IMG/VR virus record: IMGVR_UViG_3300029288_000065
Span: 169,960-233,959 of that record
Strand: one strand, 5' to 3'
DNA length: 64,000 bases
From: a virus
Lineage: Duplodnaviria > Caudoviricetes
Below are positions 38,130 to 47,818 of this stretch, piece after piece (positions within the stretch are counted from its first letter, which is position 1; each line of letters starts with the position of its first letter). Below the pieces are notes generated by a model. It was given only the letters and a program-made list of their open reading frames with translations, searched no databases and was not told where the DNA came from. The position numbers were made by a program, and so were the translations under genes.

Positions 38130-38642
38130 TTATTTTGTTAGATAGTTGATTAAATTTTCGATACTGTTGGGGTCGTTATATTCTCCTTCGAATTTCTTAC
38201 TTTTGCTGTATATCCTCGCTGTAATCTTTTCATTCCAAAATTCTACAGTGGTTGGACTCGCCAAAAACGTTGTTTGCGTTGGTCGAACTTGGAAATTACA
38301 AAGCCATGGAGTACTATTATTAAATCTAATTTCACTGCATATAAAATTATGTTTCAATAATTCATTCTTTATACCCTCATAGATTTTTCTTAACGTTACT
38401 CTTCGCTTCTTTGTTTCTTGCCCTCTCTTTTGTACTGCGTCCTTCTGTGCTTTTGTAAAGACAGGAGCCATGTCTTTTGGAGGTAATGTTAATGCATTTT
38501 CGAATTCTTCTTTGGTTACAATATAAATTTCTCCTGTTGTTCGGTCACTGCTTAGGCGGATTGCTTCGTCGCCTTTCTTTAATATCTTACCAGTGACGGT
38601 TTTGCATTTCGCAGCTACTTTGACAAGTTGGATATATTTCAT
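38130..38642 (-). CDS. DP-motif family protein
   Basis: FEGEYNDPNSIENLINYL at the C-terminus. Confidence 0.7.
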   Translation of the reverse strand: MKYIQLVKVAAKCKTVTGKILKKGDEAIRLSSDRTTGEIYIVTKEEFENALTLPPKDMAPVFTKAQKDAVQKRGQETKKRRVTLRKIYEGIKNELLKHNFICSEIRFNNSTPWLCNFQVRPTQTTFLASPTTVEFWNEKITARIYSKSKKFEGEYNDPNSIENLINYLTK

Positions 38643-38663
38643 TGGAACCTCCTCTTTTCAGTA

Positions 38664-39029
38664 TCATTCTTCTTTGATTAGAAAATCGTTAATTTCTGGA
38701 ATAATTTTCTCTGGGTCAAAAGATGGATTATTGATATCATAAACCTTGTACTTTTTATACTTCATCATACCGCCTTCACCAAATTTATGAATATCATACA
38801 TCACGATTAAATCCTTATTATTCATACATTCTTCTGATATAGGGGTCACATCTTCTTCCCATCTGGTTCTTCTCAAAAATGGTGGATATATCTCATTTAG
38901 ATATGTTACTATTACTCGCCTTTCAATTTTTGATCTTACTAATCTCTGTATCCATAGATTATTGTAATGTTGATAAACGAAAATATCCTTTCTCCAACCA
39001 TCTACGAATCGGTTAAGTAGGCTGTCCAT
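38664..39029 (-). CDS. DP-motif family protein (tandem copy 3)
   Basis: MDSLL...KKYKVYDINNPSFDPEKIIPEI. Confidence 0.75.
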   Translation of the reverse strand: MDSLLNRFVDGWRKDIFVYQHYNNLWIQRLVRSKIERRVIVTYLNEIYPPFLRRTRWEEDVTPISEECMNNKDLIVMYDIHKFGEGGMMKYKKYKVYDINNPSFDPEKIIPEINDFLIKEE

Positions 39030-39363
39030 CTTTCCCTTCCAGGTATTCTGTAATCTCTTTGATCACTGATTCAGGGTCAAAGGATGGATCTGCGATGTCA
39101 TATATTTTGTATTTCTTATATTTCGCATTACAAATGAAGAATAATATTAGATTCCTTTGAAGGTTACATGATTTAGGTAAGTCGAATTCGGCAGTTGTTT
39201 CTATAAAGTGTTCATGGAGATGGTCGGTATACATTAATGAAACCTGATAACATTTGGACTCGAATGATATCCATTGTGTTCTTATAGACAGAAAAGAATC
39301 ACCTAGTCTAATTATATGAGTATCCCAGAATCTCTCAGAGAAGATTTTAAGTAGGCTGTCCAT
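39013..39363 (-). CDS. DP-motif family protein (tandem copy 2)
   Basis: MDSLL...KKYKIYDIADPSFDPESVIKEI. Confidence 0.75.
   Translation of the reverse strand: MDSLLKIFSERFWDTHIIRLGDSFLSIRTQWISFESKCYQVSLMYTDHLHEHFIETTAEFDLPKSCNLQRNLILFFICNAKYKKYKIYDIADPSFDPESVIKEITEYLEGKDGQPT
39013..39363. repeat. 17-bp direct repeat TTAAGTAGGCTGTCCAT at both gene junctions (39013-39029 and 39347-39363)
   Basis: Identical sequence read at both positions. Confidence 0.8.
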
Positions 39364-39631
39364 TGTTTTCTCGATTCAGGAATTTCCTAACCTCTCTGAC
39401 CACACTATGTGGGTCAAATGATGGATCAGCAATATCAAATTCTCTAACCCGCATCTTCAAACGTCGTTTCCTATATTTCTTAAATGCTACCTTGAGAGAT
39501 GTTTTCGAAAGAGAAATCCGTATATTTCTCTTTTTGGATACTGTTCCAATTGTAAGACTACCGGGGGTAAGAAAACGTGAAGTATCAAGAAATTCGCTTG
39601 TGAAGAAAAGTAACAACTTATCCACCATCAT
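39347..39631 (-). CDS. DP-motif family protein (tandem copy 1)
   Basis: VDKLL...REFDIADPSFDPHSVVREV. Confidence 0.75.
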   Translation of the reverse strand: MMVDKLLLFFTSEFLDTSRFLTPGSLTIGTVSKKRNIRISLSKTSLKVAFKKYRKRRLKMRVREFDIADPSFDPHSVVREVRKFLNRENNGQPT

Positions 39632-39909
39632 TTTAGGGTCACAATCTTCTTGTCACCGGCCAACTCCTGAATCCTCAGGAAAAAGTTGGGGTGGGGCCTA
39701 AACTCCCAACGATTCTTCTCGTGATATTCTTTCGTTTCTTTGATAAATTCCTCTGCGGCAGAAATATATCTATCATATTCCTTGTGTGTCAATTTCCCAA
39801 CCACTTTTGCATAAAAATCAGCACATCCAGCGCCATATCTGGTGTCACATTCCACTGGGTCCCATACTTCTTGGAATGTGTCTTCAACCTGTTTTCTGGT
39901 TACTTGCAT
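39628..39909 (-). CDS. Hypothetical protein
   Basis: RBS AAGGAGG. Confidence 0.65.
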   Translation of the reverse strand: MQVTRKQVEDTFQEVWDPVECDTRYGAGCADFYAKVVGKLTHKEYDRYISAAEEFIKETKEYHEKNRWEFRPHPNFFLRIQELAGDKKIVTLK

Positions 39910-40696
39910 CGAAGTCCTCCTTCAATGCTTGTGCCATCATGCAGAAGTTATCCCTATCTGCTGTGTTTAGTTCTTTTGTTTCAATATAAGGGGACGCAAA
40001 CTTTTTTGTAATCCTAAGATTGTTCTTCTCAAAACAACCCTGGACAGGATAGAATTTGTCAACGCCATCGAACAATAGTTGCCCGTATCTTTGGGTCATA
40101 GTGATGAAATTGATGTAGAACCACATCTCGGATCCACTATTTGGGTCTGCCAAACCTTCTTTACTGGAATCTATCTTGCCGCCTTCTTTTAGACCAACGA
40201 TAGTGATGGTTCCAGATGCAACATAATTTGGTTGGCAGAATCTGAGTCCTTTCTCACTTCTGGTAATTGGTTCTCCAATTTCCGAGAAATTATATGGTTC
40301 ATGCGGTATATTCTTGACTTTTTTGGGTCTTTCTTCGAATTTGGTAATAACCGGCGTCTCCGCGATTATTGGTTTGAGTGCTTGGGGGATTAATTTGTTT
40401 GGGATTTCCGAATTTGGGAGAGTAGTCCTTTCAAGTTCATAACCACCAAATTTCGTAATCTTATAGAAAGACAATTCTTTCGAAATACTATTATTCCAAT
40501 GATAAAGTCTTATATGAATCTGCGCTCTGAAATGATTCTTTCGCTTTATAATAACGTAATTTTCTTTTAATTCACATTCGCATCCTTCGAAATCTGGTTC
40601 TTCTTTGATACATTTTTGGAATACTTTTAAAAGGTCTTCGGCTTTGGCCTGAACTTTTGCATCAGTCACTTCTTTTCCTCCTGGAGGAATGCACAT
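39884..40696 (-). CDS. Hypothetical protein (paralog of 55620-56345)
   Basis: PYNFSEIG...KEGLADPNS..WF.I.F...YG.LLFDG.DKF.PV...LNTADRD. Confidence 0.72.
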   Translation of the reverse strand: MCIPPGGKEVTDAKVQAKAEDLLKVFQKCIKEEPDFEGCECELKENYVIIKRKNHFRAQIHIRLYHWNNSISKELSFYKITKFGGYELERTTLPNSEIPNKLIPQALKPIIAETPVITKFEERPKKVKNIPHEPYNFSEIGEPITRSEKGLRFCQPNYVASGTITIVGLKEGGKIDSSKEGLADPNSGSEMWFYINFITMTQRYGQLLFDGVDKFYPVQGCFEKNNLRITKKFASPYIETKELNTADRDNFCMMAQALKEDFDASNQKTG

Positions 40697-41097
40697 GTAT
40701 CACCAGCAATAACCTTATCAATTAACATCTTTCGTGTAGACGAATCTGGGATGGATGAATAATATTTCTTATAGAGACACAAAAGATCCTCATAACTAAT
40801 TTCCTGTAACAGAGGTGTTAGCAACCCAACCAATGCTCCTCTTGCGAATATTTCACCGACTGTTTTTCTGAGATTATCCAGAGATTTGGGATCATTAAGA
40901 TCAATTTCAATTTTATCTGCATATTTTATTCTTGATCCAGTTACGAAGATTTTGGCGTCTTTTAATTCCAATGATAAAGATGATCCCAATTTATCAGAAA
41001 TACCAGCTGCTGGTATTTCTCCATAACCTGTAGTAAAATCACCCAGTCTTGCATTTCTGATTATTTCACAAAGAAGTTCTCGTTCCAACTTGGACAT
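40666..41097 (-). CDS. DP-motif family protein
   Basis: IEIDLNDPKSLDNLRKTV. Confidence 0.7.
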   Translation of the reverse strand: MSKLERELLCEIIRNARLGDFTTGYGEIPAAGISDKLGSSLSLELKDAKIFVTGSRIKYADKIEIDLNDPKSLDNLRKTVGEIFARGALVGLLTPLLQEISYEDLLCLYKKYYSSIPDSSTRKMLIDKVIAGDTCAFLQEEKK

Positions 41098-41468
41098 TAT
41101 TCTTCCCTTTTCAGGGCATTAAAATGTGACAATATCTTTTTTAGAATTCTATCAAACGACGTTGGATCAGCAAGTTCGAACCTCTCACCAAAACGCCATC
41201 CCATACATTGTGTAACTTTTGGGACCGAAATATTATCATCTCCCCAAGTAACCCTCTCCATATTATCCCAAAACCATAATCTAACATTATATTCGTCATC
41301 TGGATCAATCAACGCACATTCCATTTTATTAATACAAAAACGGAAACAGTCATCTTTTGTCTCTAGAAAATCGCAGGTCAATAATTGCTTTTCTATTTCG
41401 TCCTTTAACCATATTGCCAGTTCATGAAAAACAGACTTGGTAAGTGGGCTTAATGTTCGTATGGTCAT
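41097..41468 (-). CDS. DP-motif family protein
   Basis: RFELADPTSFDRILKKI. Confidence 0.72.
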   Translation of the reverse strand: MTIRTLSPLTKSVFHELAIWLKDEIEKQLLTCDFLETKDDCFRFCINKMECALIDPDDEYNVRLWFWDNMERVTWGDDNISVPKVTQCMGWRFGERFELADPTSFDRILKKILSHFNALKREE

Positions 41469-42127
41469 AATATCTCCTTTAACTTCTCTTCAAAGAACTC
41501 GACATTATGAGCAGTGAAAGGAGCATTCTTCCAATAGAGTTTCCCATCTTTAATATTGAGAACTACAGATTTCTTGTGGGTACCACCACCAGGCTTGACA
41601 GTCATTAGTCTGGCCATGAAATTCATCTTAGGATTGGTCTTTGGATCAGCCAGTTCCTTATTTCCTCTGGTAATCACACGAGCCGAAAGCGTTAGAATCA
41701 GAGTCATTGGGAATTTTTCATACTTGATGTTGATTAGTTCGTTGACGACTTGATATTTGATCTTTTTGAATGTAACAATATATCCGTCTTCAGTTTCTTT
41801 ATATTGGTGATTAAATATTCTTTCCCCGTTCTGCCATACCCAAGTATAAGCAGAATCACGGATTATTCCATACAAATCTGCTGGAACGTCATCCGAGACA
41901 TGTATATCATAAACTTTGGTATAATCAAGATAAGTTGGATTATTCCATTTTCTCCTATAATAGAGATTTTTGGAAATTATTTTTACTTCAATAATATCAT
42001 TGCTACCTCCAACGAATTCACCGGTTAGAATACTTGTCAATTTCACTCTAATTTCGCTTAAATCATATTCATTTATTGGCTTATCAAATCCGAGTTTTTT
42101 CATATCTCTCAAGTCGATCGTGATCAT
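41465..42127 (-). CDS. ELAxP-subfamily protein (paralog of 21882-22436)
   Basis: KELADPKTNPKMNFMARLM...LNIKDGKLYW...FTAHNVEFF. Confidence 0.75.
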   Translation of the reverse strand: MITIDLRDMKKLGFDKPINEYDLSEIRVKLTSILTGEFVGGSNDIIEVKIISKNLYYRRKWNNPTYLDYTKVYDIHVSDDVPADLYGIIRDSAYTWVWQNGERIFNHQYKETEDGYIVTFKKIKYQVVNELINIKYEKFPMTLILTLSARVITRGNKELADPKTNPKMNFMARLMTVKPGGGTHKKSVVLNIKDGKLYWKNAPFTAHNVEFFEEKLKEIL

Positions 42128-42441
42128 TTATTGATTTCCTCTATCATCTTCATCACTTTTCCAAACATTTCATCGTGATTAATAGCTTCATACTTGCCAG
42201 CAATATATTCCCACCAGAGTCTCTTCTTTTCTACATCTACTCTTAGAACTCTGGTTCGACTTTGGATTTCAAATGTTCGTCCCGGTTCATATTCCAGGCA
42301 GATTGCTTCTGCCTTGAAGATTACTTCTGCTGTTGGGTCTTCCAGCATTTTGTTCACGTGGATTGTTGAGACTGATAGTTGGATCTGACAGATAAACTTG
42401 ATCGTCTGGCTACTTTGGATTACTCCAAGTTCTTGCTTCAT
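42124..42441 (-). CDS. ELAxP-subfamily protein
   Basis: KMLEDPTAEVIFKA...VDVEKKRLWW...AINHDEMF. Confidence 0.68.
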   Translation of the reverse strand: MKQELGVIQSSQTIKFICQIQLSVSTIHVNKMLEDPTAEVIFKAEAICLEYEPGRTFEIQSRTRVLRVDVEKKRLWWEYIAGKYEAINHDEMFGKVMKMIEEINK

Positions 42442-42471
42442 GTTGTCTCCTCGCCTCTAGGAAAGACACAG

Positions 42472-42500
42472 AGGCCCCCTCTGGCAGGTAGAGGGGGCCT
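42472..42500 (-). terminator. Intrinsic terminator hairpin after the MoxR gene
   Basis: AGGCCCCCTCT / AGAGGGGGCCT perfect 11-bp stem. Confidence 0.7.
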
Positions 42501-42523
42501 TTAGTACTTCCTAAGAAGCTAGA

Positions 42524-43771
42524 TTACTCGTCCTTGTCCTTACCCCACGCGGTCTTGGACAGGAGATCCTGCAGTTGAGGACGCTCAAGCAGCCGGTCCA
42601 AGAATTTCTTCTTGCCACCGGGGGAGCCGCCAGCCTTACCCAACAGCTTGGCCAACTTCGGATTGGAGATTGCTGCCGCCCGGACGTGATCGTCCACGCC
42701 CGCTCCGCCACCAGACACCAAAGCCTTGCAGAACGCAACCACAAGGTCCTTGTCCGGATTCTGCTTGCACATCCATTCCGCAAAATCCAGAGCGACTTCG
42801 CCAGGCTTGTCCTCTTCGATCTTGGGCTTGATGAAGCCCACGAGGCCCCACATCAGACCTGTCATCTGATTTCGGTTCAGCTTGCCAAGCTGGCCTTCCT
42901 TGGCCTTGACACCGGTCTGAACCAGCTCGCGAGGCTTGACAGGGCAGGAATACCGGCTATACGACATCGCCAGTTCTCGACCGATCAGACCAGCGATGAC
43001 TTCGATTCGGGCTTCCTCGCTATAGCTTCCTTCCTTGCAGGCTTCCTCCACCCTTACGATTGCTTCCCACGACCGCCTTGACGGCTGGATACCGAAGCCA
43101 AGTTCGCCGTCCACGTCACCATCAAGGTGCTTGACGTTCTGCGTGGCGAACTCGATTACCTGGGATGCCCGACCTTCGTGCTTCATACCCATGTAATCGA
43201 CCCATTCATCCAGGGTCGTCTCACCGTCACTCAGAGTGACGTGACAGAATCGATTCAGGAAGGCCGGATCGGTGAATCCGTTCACCATGTAGCCTTCCAT
43301 GAAATTTCCCGCGCAGACCACGGACCAGCCAGGCGGGAGGGTATACTGACCGACCTTGCGGTCCAGGATCAGCTGGAAGATTGCCTGTAGCACGTCGTCC
43401 TGGGCTCGATTGACTTCGTCCAGGAAGAGGATTCCCTGCTTGAGGCGGGGTTGCATTTGGTTCCAATATGCTTCCTTCTTTTCGTCGCCAAGTTCGTTAT
43501 ACTTGGTGATGAATTCCTTGAATTCGATATCGGCGATGGGCATGTCTGCCGGTGGGAGGTAGATGGTTCGTCCGTTTTGTCGGTCAGGGAGGCCACGGAT
43601 GTCGCTGGCTTCAAGCTGCGAGCATCGCATGTCGATCATTCCCATTTCGTCTTCCATTGAGGTCTGTTGGACCACGCTGGATTTTCCGATGCCTCGGTGT
43701 CCCCAGATGAACAGCGTCACATTGGACTTTTTGCAAATCCTGATAGTTTCCTTCAAAGTCTTGATCTTCAT
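42524..43771 (-). CDS. MoxR-family (AAA_5) AAA+ ATPase
   Basis: IWGHRGIGKS, DIRGLP, LFLDEVNRA, LILDRKVG.Y.LP, AGN, DPAFLNRF, PSRRSW. Confidence 0.9.
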   Translation of the reverse strand: MKIKTLKETIRICKKSNVTLFIWGHRGIGKSSVVQQTSMEDEMGMIDMRCSQLEASDIRGLPDRQNGRTIYLPPADMPIADIEFKEFITKYNELGDEKKEAYWNQMQPRLKQGILFLDEVNRAQDDVLQAIFQLILDRKVGQYTLPPGWSVVCAGNFMEGYMVNGFTDPAFLNRFCHVTLSDGETTLDEWVDYMGMKHEGRASQVIEFATQNVKHLDGDVDGELGFGIQPSRRSWEAIVRVEEACKEGSYSEEARIEVIAGLIGRELAMSYSRYSCPVKPRELVQTGVKAKEGQLGKLNRNQMTGLMWGLVGFIKPKIEEDKPGEVALDFAEWMCKQNPDKDLVVAFCKALVSGGGAGVDDHVRAAAISNPKLAKLLGKAGGSPGGKKKFLDRLLERPQLQDLLSKTAWGKDKDE

Positions 43772-43825
43772 TACTGCCTCCTCGCGGAAAAGGGTTTCTT
43801 ATCCATGTTGGTGATATCGGCGTTG

Positions 43826-44437
43826 CTATTTCTGGGAATTGTTCACGAATTCCACGAACGCCTTGTGGCTAGCTGCTACCAGTTCGTCGGCTCTTGCTGA
43901 ATTCCACCCCTCCAAAAGCACATTGTGCAGAACTATAGTCTTGGTTTCATCACGCCACTTGTCATTATTCCAATGACTTGTCTTACCAACAATTCCATAA
44001 ACAATCCACCACTTATTATCCCACTTCATCATACTGGCAGCACCACCTGCACCACTAACATACACAATATCAGGAGAATAACTTGGATTTGACAATACCT
44101 CGACACGAATTTTATATGTATCACCATCACGGAAATATTGACTAGTTGGGCATAGAACATGCCAACTAGTCATCTTTTCCTTGGAATGGGTGGCACACCC
44201 CATATAACAAGTACCACTCCTGAACCAAGCTACAGGTCCTTGAGTGACTTTTACCATAGCAATCTGGCACTTAGAACCACAACTCTTCTGGATAGCGGAG
44301 AGACGCGTTTTGTTCAAAGTAGTAATATCACATATCTCAACAACGTTGATCCATTGCATCTCTGAGATTGATTTATGAATTTCCAATATTGGCTTGTACA
44401 GCTTTCCATGATTATAATTATTTGGTCCTCCAGCCAT
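43826..44437 (-). CDS. Hypothetical protein
   Basis: RBS GGAGG; 203 aa. Confidence 0.65.
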   Translation of the reverse strand: MAGGPNNYNHGKLYKPILEIHKSISEMQWINVVEICDITTLNKTRLSAIQKSCGSKCQIAMVKVTQGPVAWFRSGTCYMGCATHSKEKMTSWHVLCPTSQYFRDGDTYKIRVEVLSNPSYSPDIVYVSGAGGAASMMKWDNKWWIVYGIVGKTSHWNNDKWRDETKTIVLHNVLLEGWNSARADELVAASHKAFVEFVNNSQK

Positions 44438-44439
44438 GA

Positions 44440-44670
44440 TTATTCTACCTCCAAAACTGGAAATTCTGATAAACTTATACGACCGAACCCGTCTGAGCAG
44501 CGGACTGAAATGCCAAGCTCCTTAGCCCTATGTAGAGCTTGTTTCAACTCCCGTTCTGCAGTTTTAATTCTATCACCCTTTGAGCGATAGAAATTCTTAC
44601 ACTTTGGACACACATCTCCGAAAACAAGTACATTTCGCCGTGCATGAATGTGACATTGACAAACCATCAC
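44440..44670 (-). CDS. Small Cys-rich protein
   Basis: CQCH...CPKC. Confidence 0.55.
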   Translation of the reverse strand: MMVCQCHIHARRNVLVFGDVCPKCKNFYRSKGDRIKTAERELKQALHRAKELGISVRCSDGFGRISLSEFPVLEVE

Positions 44671-44857
44671 TCACCTCTTTTCTTTTGGGGCGATAGGTTT
44701 TTCACAACCCGCCTGGAATATCCTTCCACACTTGGTACACAAGTAATATATGGGCTTGTTAATGTGTTCAAGCCTGGGTCCAAGAAGATGTAGACGTGAG
44801 CCACAGGGGCACCATGATTTGGAATCATGTTGTAGTGCGTAGTGGCTTAGGTCTATC

Positions 44858-45526
44858 TTAGGCGCTCTGCGCATTTTCCACGTCCAATTTCTGGGTACTC
44901 TCGACAAACTGTTTGAGAACAACTTCACCAATTGCGTCCATATTTGGATTGGCGATGTCAATATCAGTGGTCATCTTTTCCAATTGTTTTTCTACATCGG
45001 TTGCCACAACCTGGACATATTTGTCATAGACTCTGAAGATCTCTGATTTCATTCTACTTTCTAATTCCCATTTAATTTTAGCCTTTAACTCAATCAATAC
45101 AGCATCCTTAGCTTCCTGAATAACAGTGGCTATATTGCTTTCACTCATAATTTCTTCCAGTTTTGTGGCCACTACTAATCTTGCTTTATCAGTTACATAT
45201 TTGTTGATTGTTGTCTCTCGACCGTTACAATGGTCGACTCTCCATTGTCCCCATGATCTATCAAATCCAAGAACTTCAGCTATACTAGCTTCAAGTCGTT
45301 CTCTCACCATTTTGTCAACTTGACCAATAAAATGTGCTGCGGATTCGATTATACGCTTGTTGATTTCCTTTCCTGCTGTTTTCATAAGATTTTCTCTTGA
45401 TTCGTTTGCTGCTTCTGCTAGGACTTTGACTTGTTCCCGATCACTGTTTTTTGTTTCCAGTGCATAGATTCGATCTGTTAGTGCCCGTATTTCACTTTCA
45501 AGTTCTGCGATTGTCTTTCTTGGCAT
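44858..45526 (-). CDS. Coiled-coil protein with a C-terminal DP (NP) motif
   Basis: W.VDHCNGR; DIDIANPNMDAIGEVVL. Confidence 0.72.
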   Translation of the reverse strand: MPRKTIAELESEIRALTDRIYALETKNSDREQVKVLAEAANESRENLMKTAGKEINKRIIESAAHFIGQVDKMVRERLEASIAEVLGFDRSWGQWRVDHCNGRETTINKYVTDKARLVVATKLEEIMSESNIATVIQEAKDAVLIELKAKIKWELESRMKSEIFRVYDKYVQVVATDVEKQLEKMTTDIDIANPNMDAIGEVVLKQFVESTQKLDVENAQSA

Positions 45527-45528
45527 TA

Positions 45529-45912
45529 TTAAACTTTCTTGTATTTGGCAAAGAGACTAACATCGAATACACCAGGTGAGTCAGAAGTACCACCTGTCAA
45601 TATTTCCTTCACGCATTCAAAGAACTCTTTGTTATTAGATGGTACGACCTTGGTATGTTGCTGAACCTTTTCTTTATTTTTCCAATAATAATCGATCTCA
45701 TCTGTATCCAAATTCAATAGGGTACTTGGATAATATGTGATTGCTACTTTCCCAAAGGTGAATCGTCCTGTACTTAGTTTGTTGGCTGTCATCCATAGGT
45801 CAGCCCGTACTTCTACGGTTTTGTCGGGGTTGGCCAGTTCTTCACTTACCAGGAATAGTTTGAATTTGGTTATTGAACCTGGGATAAGGAAGGTTCCGAT
45901 TTGTTTTCGCAC
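45529..45912 (-). CDS. ELAxP-subfamily protein
   Basis: SEELANPDKTVEVRADLW...NNKEFF. Confidence 0.68.
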   Translation of the reverse strand: MRKQIGTFLIPGSITKFKLFLVSEELANPDKTVEVRADLWMTANKLSTGRFTFGKVAITYYPSTLLNLDTDEIDYYWKNKEKVQQHTKVVPSNNKEFFECVKEILTGGTSDSPGVFDVSLFAKYKKV

Positions 45913-46295
45913 ATGTCTCTCTTTATTTGGTTTACCAATTTTCTGAATATGGCAGCGTGGAGTATATTTAATTCAAATGATTTGTGTGTAAAACATTGCA
46001 ACTTTTGAATCGATAAATTTCCATTCATCATCTCTGGCGTGGATCCAGGATTATATGCGAGCCAATATTGGTCACTACCATCAACAGCAATATAGAAAGT
46101 ATTATTTGATAAAACGACAAAAAACACGAATAAACATTTCGTACCTTTTTTACAGATTGATTCTCTTGTTAATGTGGAGGAAGGCACTTCTCCTTCATAA
46201 GCTGGTTCCAGACCAAATATCCCCATATATTGAATGTTGACAATACTTGCCATAGAGATTGGGTGACCCAGATCTACTTTTTGGAATTTGCACAT
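45870..46295 (-). CDS. Hypothetical protein
   Basis: Coupled ORF. Confidence 0.55.
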   Translation of the reverse strand: MCKFQKVDLGHPISMASIVNIQYMGIFGLEPAYEGEVPSSTLTRESICKKGTKCLFVFFVVLSNNTFYIAVDGSDQYWLAYNPGSTPEMMNGNLSIQKLQCFTHKSFELNILHAAIFRKLVNQIKRDMCENKSEPSLSQVQ

Positions 46296-46759
46296 TTTTC
46301 TTGCATCAACCTTTCTTCAAGCATACGAGTCCAACAATTCCTATAACTACTCTTATTGTCACGCATAATCATACAAATGGTGTCAATCATCTTTGGGTCA
46401 CACAGGAATATTTCCATTAGATGTGTTTTCCATTCCCATCTACCACAATAATTTAAATATATTCTTACTCTATCATCACCATATTCATATGATACAACTG
46501 TCTTACCTATTTGAGCGATATTGAAACCTTTACCATGAAAGGTATTTGCATTAAAACGGAGATCTTGCCCAGTACGCTTACGAATATCATTATATAATGC
46601 CAGTGCGAAAACAGCCATTTCCTCGTTTGAATCTTTCAATATTCTATCAAATTTGTCTTTAACTAGATGATGTTCTCTACCAAGAGAACGCATCAGAACA
46701 TCCCAGAGGGTTCCTGAGGACCAGGACCACCCTCTTTCGGAGGACCCTTCTTCCACCAA
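46274..46759 (-). CDS. DP-motif family protein
   Basis: EIFLCDPKMIDTICMIM. Confidence 0.65.
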   Translation of the reverse strand: MVEEGSSERGWSWSSGTLWDVLMRSLGREHHLVKDKFDRILKDSNEEMAVFALALYNDIRKRTGQDLRFNANTFHGKGFNIAQIGKTVVSYEYGDDRVRIYLNYCGRWEWKTHLMEIFLCDPKMIDTICMIMRDNKSSYRNCWTRMLEERLMQEKCANSKK

Positions 46760-47538
46760 TCCGGGTCTTCGTGCTTATCTTTCCAGAAATCAGCATCATC
46801 TACGTCCTGTTCCTGATCCATCCCAAGAACAGGAGTCAGAGTTGCATCCGGTTCCTGAACGATCCTACTAACCACAAAATCAATCATTTTCTCAATATTC
46901 TCGCACTTAAGACGATCCTGGAAGCGGAAACCACGCTTCTCACCATGTTCCTTCTCAATGGTGATGAATTGCTTGAGTTCCAGGTCGATCTTTACTGGAT
47001 GCATATTCTCGACAACATTGAAGAATCCACCAGTTTTCTTGCATGTAGTCACGTAGACTTGACCGTAATATCCTTTACCCTCGACCATGAAGACCTGGAC
47101 TCGGGTAATGAAGTTCTTTCCAGATTTATTGAGATCTGGTCGGAATTCATCTACGATATCTCCGAAGAACATAATCTTTGTTTTCTTGCCTTCTTCTAGT
47201 GCTTGTTGGCCGATGGTGGCTGCCAAATCTACGTTTTTGAATTCCTGGACAAGGAATTCTTTGCCGCTTTGGCAGATCAGGACATTCTTTGTACCACATT
47301 CTCCGATGATTGGTTCCAGGGGAGTACCTTTTATAACTTCGATATTCATTGGGATTAGGCCTTGTTGTGTGATATTATCTCGGAGGCTCTGTTTTGCTTC
47401 TTCTGGGACTTGCTGTTGTTGTTCCATTGTTTTGATCATAAGTTCTGCTAGTGCGTTTGTGAATTGTGTCCATTCTTCATTTGTGAGACTTACGAGTGTT
47501 GCTTCACCGCTCGGCAGATCAACTTTGGACTTTTCCAC
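46693..47538 (-). CDS. Hypothetical protein with an acidic-aromatic DDADFWK/DPDWWK tail
   Basis: RBS AAGGAG; LVSLTNEEWTQF N-terminal family motif. Confidence 0.75.
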   Translation of the reverse strand: MEKSKVDLPSGEATLVSLTNEEWTQFTNALAELMIKTMEQQQQVPEEAKQSLRDNITQQGLIPMNIEVIKGTPLEPIIGECGTKNVLICQSGKEFLVQEFKNVDLAATIGQQALEEGKKTKIMFFGDIVDEFRPDLNKSGKNFITRVQVFMVEGKGYYGQVYVTTCKKTGGFFNVVENMHPVKIDLELKQFITIEKEHGEKRGFRFQDRLKCENIEKMIDFVVSRIVQEPDATLTPVLGMDQEQDVDDADFWKDKHEDPDWWKKGPPKEGGPGPQEPSGMF

Positions 47539-47818
47539 GTTTTCTCCTTTGTTTAATCTTGTTTGCTATCTTGATTCCTTCTGGTGTTAAATTCCACCAG
47601 GCAAATCCATTTACACCACCGTGTGGTTTTACCCATCCTATCAACTTCCAGGATTGTAATATCTTTAGTGCAGTTTCGGTATCAGCATACAACTTTATAG
47701 ATGATGTTAAAAGGTCGAAACTCATATCGAAAGGCATCCAGACTTGCCATCGTTTTATAAATTTCGTGAATACTTTCTTTGGGTCGTAATTTGGATTATT
47801 TATGTCAAGTTCTAGCAC
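47519..47818 (-). CDS. N-terminal DP-motif winged-helix protein (array member 5)
   Basis: LDINNPNYDPKKVF...SWKLIGWV...LTPEG. Confidence 0.7.
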   Translation of the reverse strand: MLELDINNPNYDPKKVFTKFIKRWQVWMPFDMSFDLLTSSIKLYADTETALKILQSWKLIGWVKPHGGVNGFAWWNLTPEGIKIANKIKQRRKRGKVQS

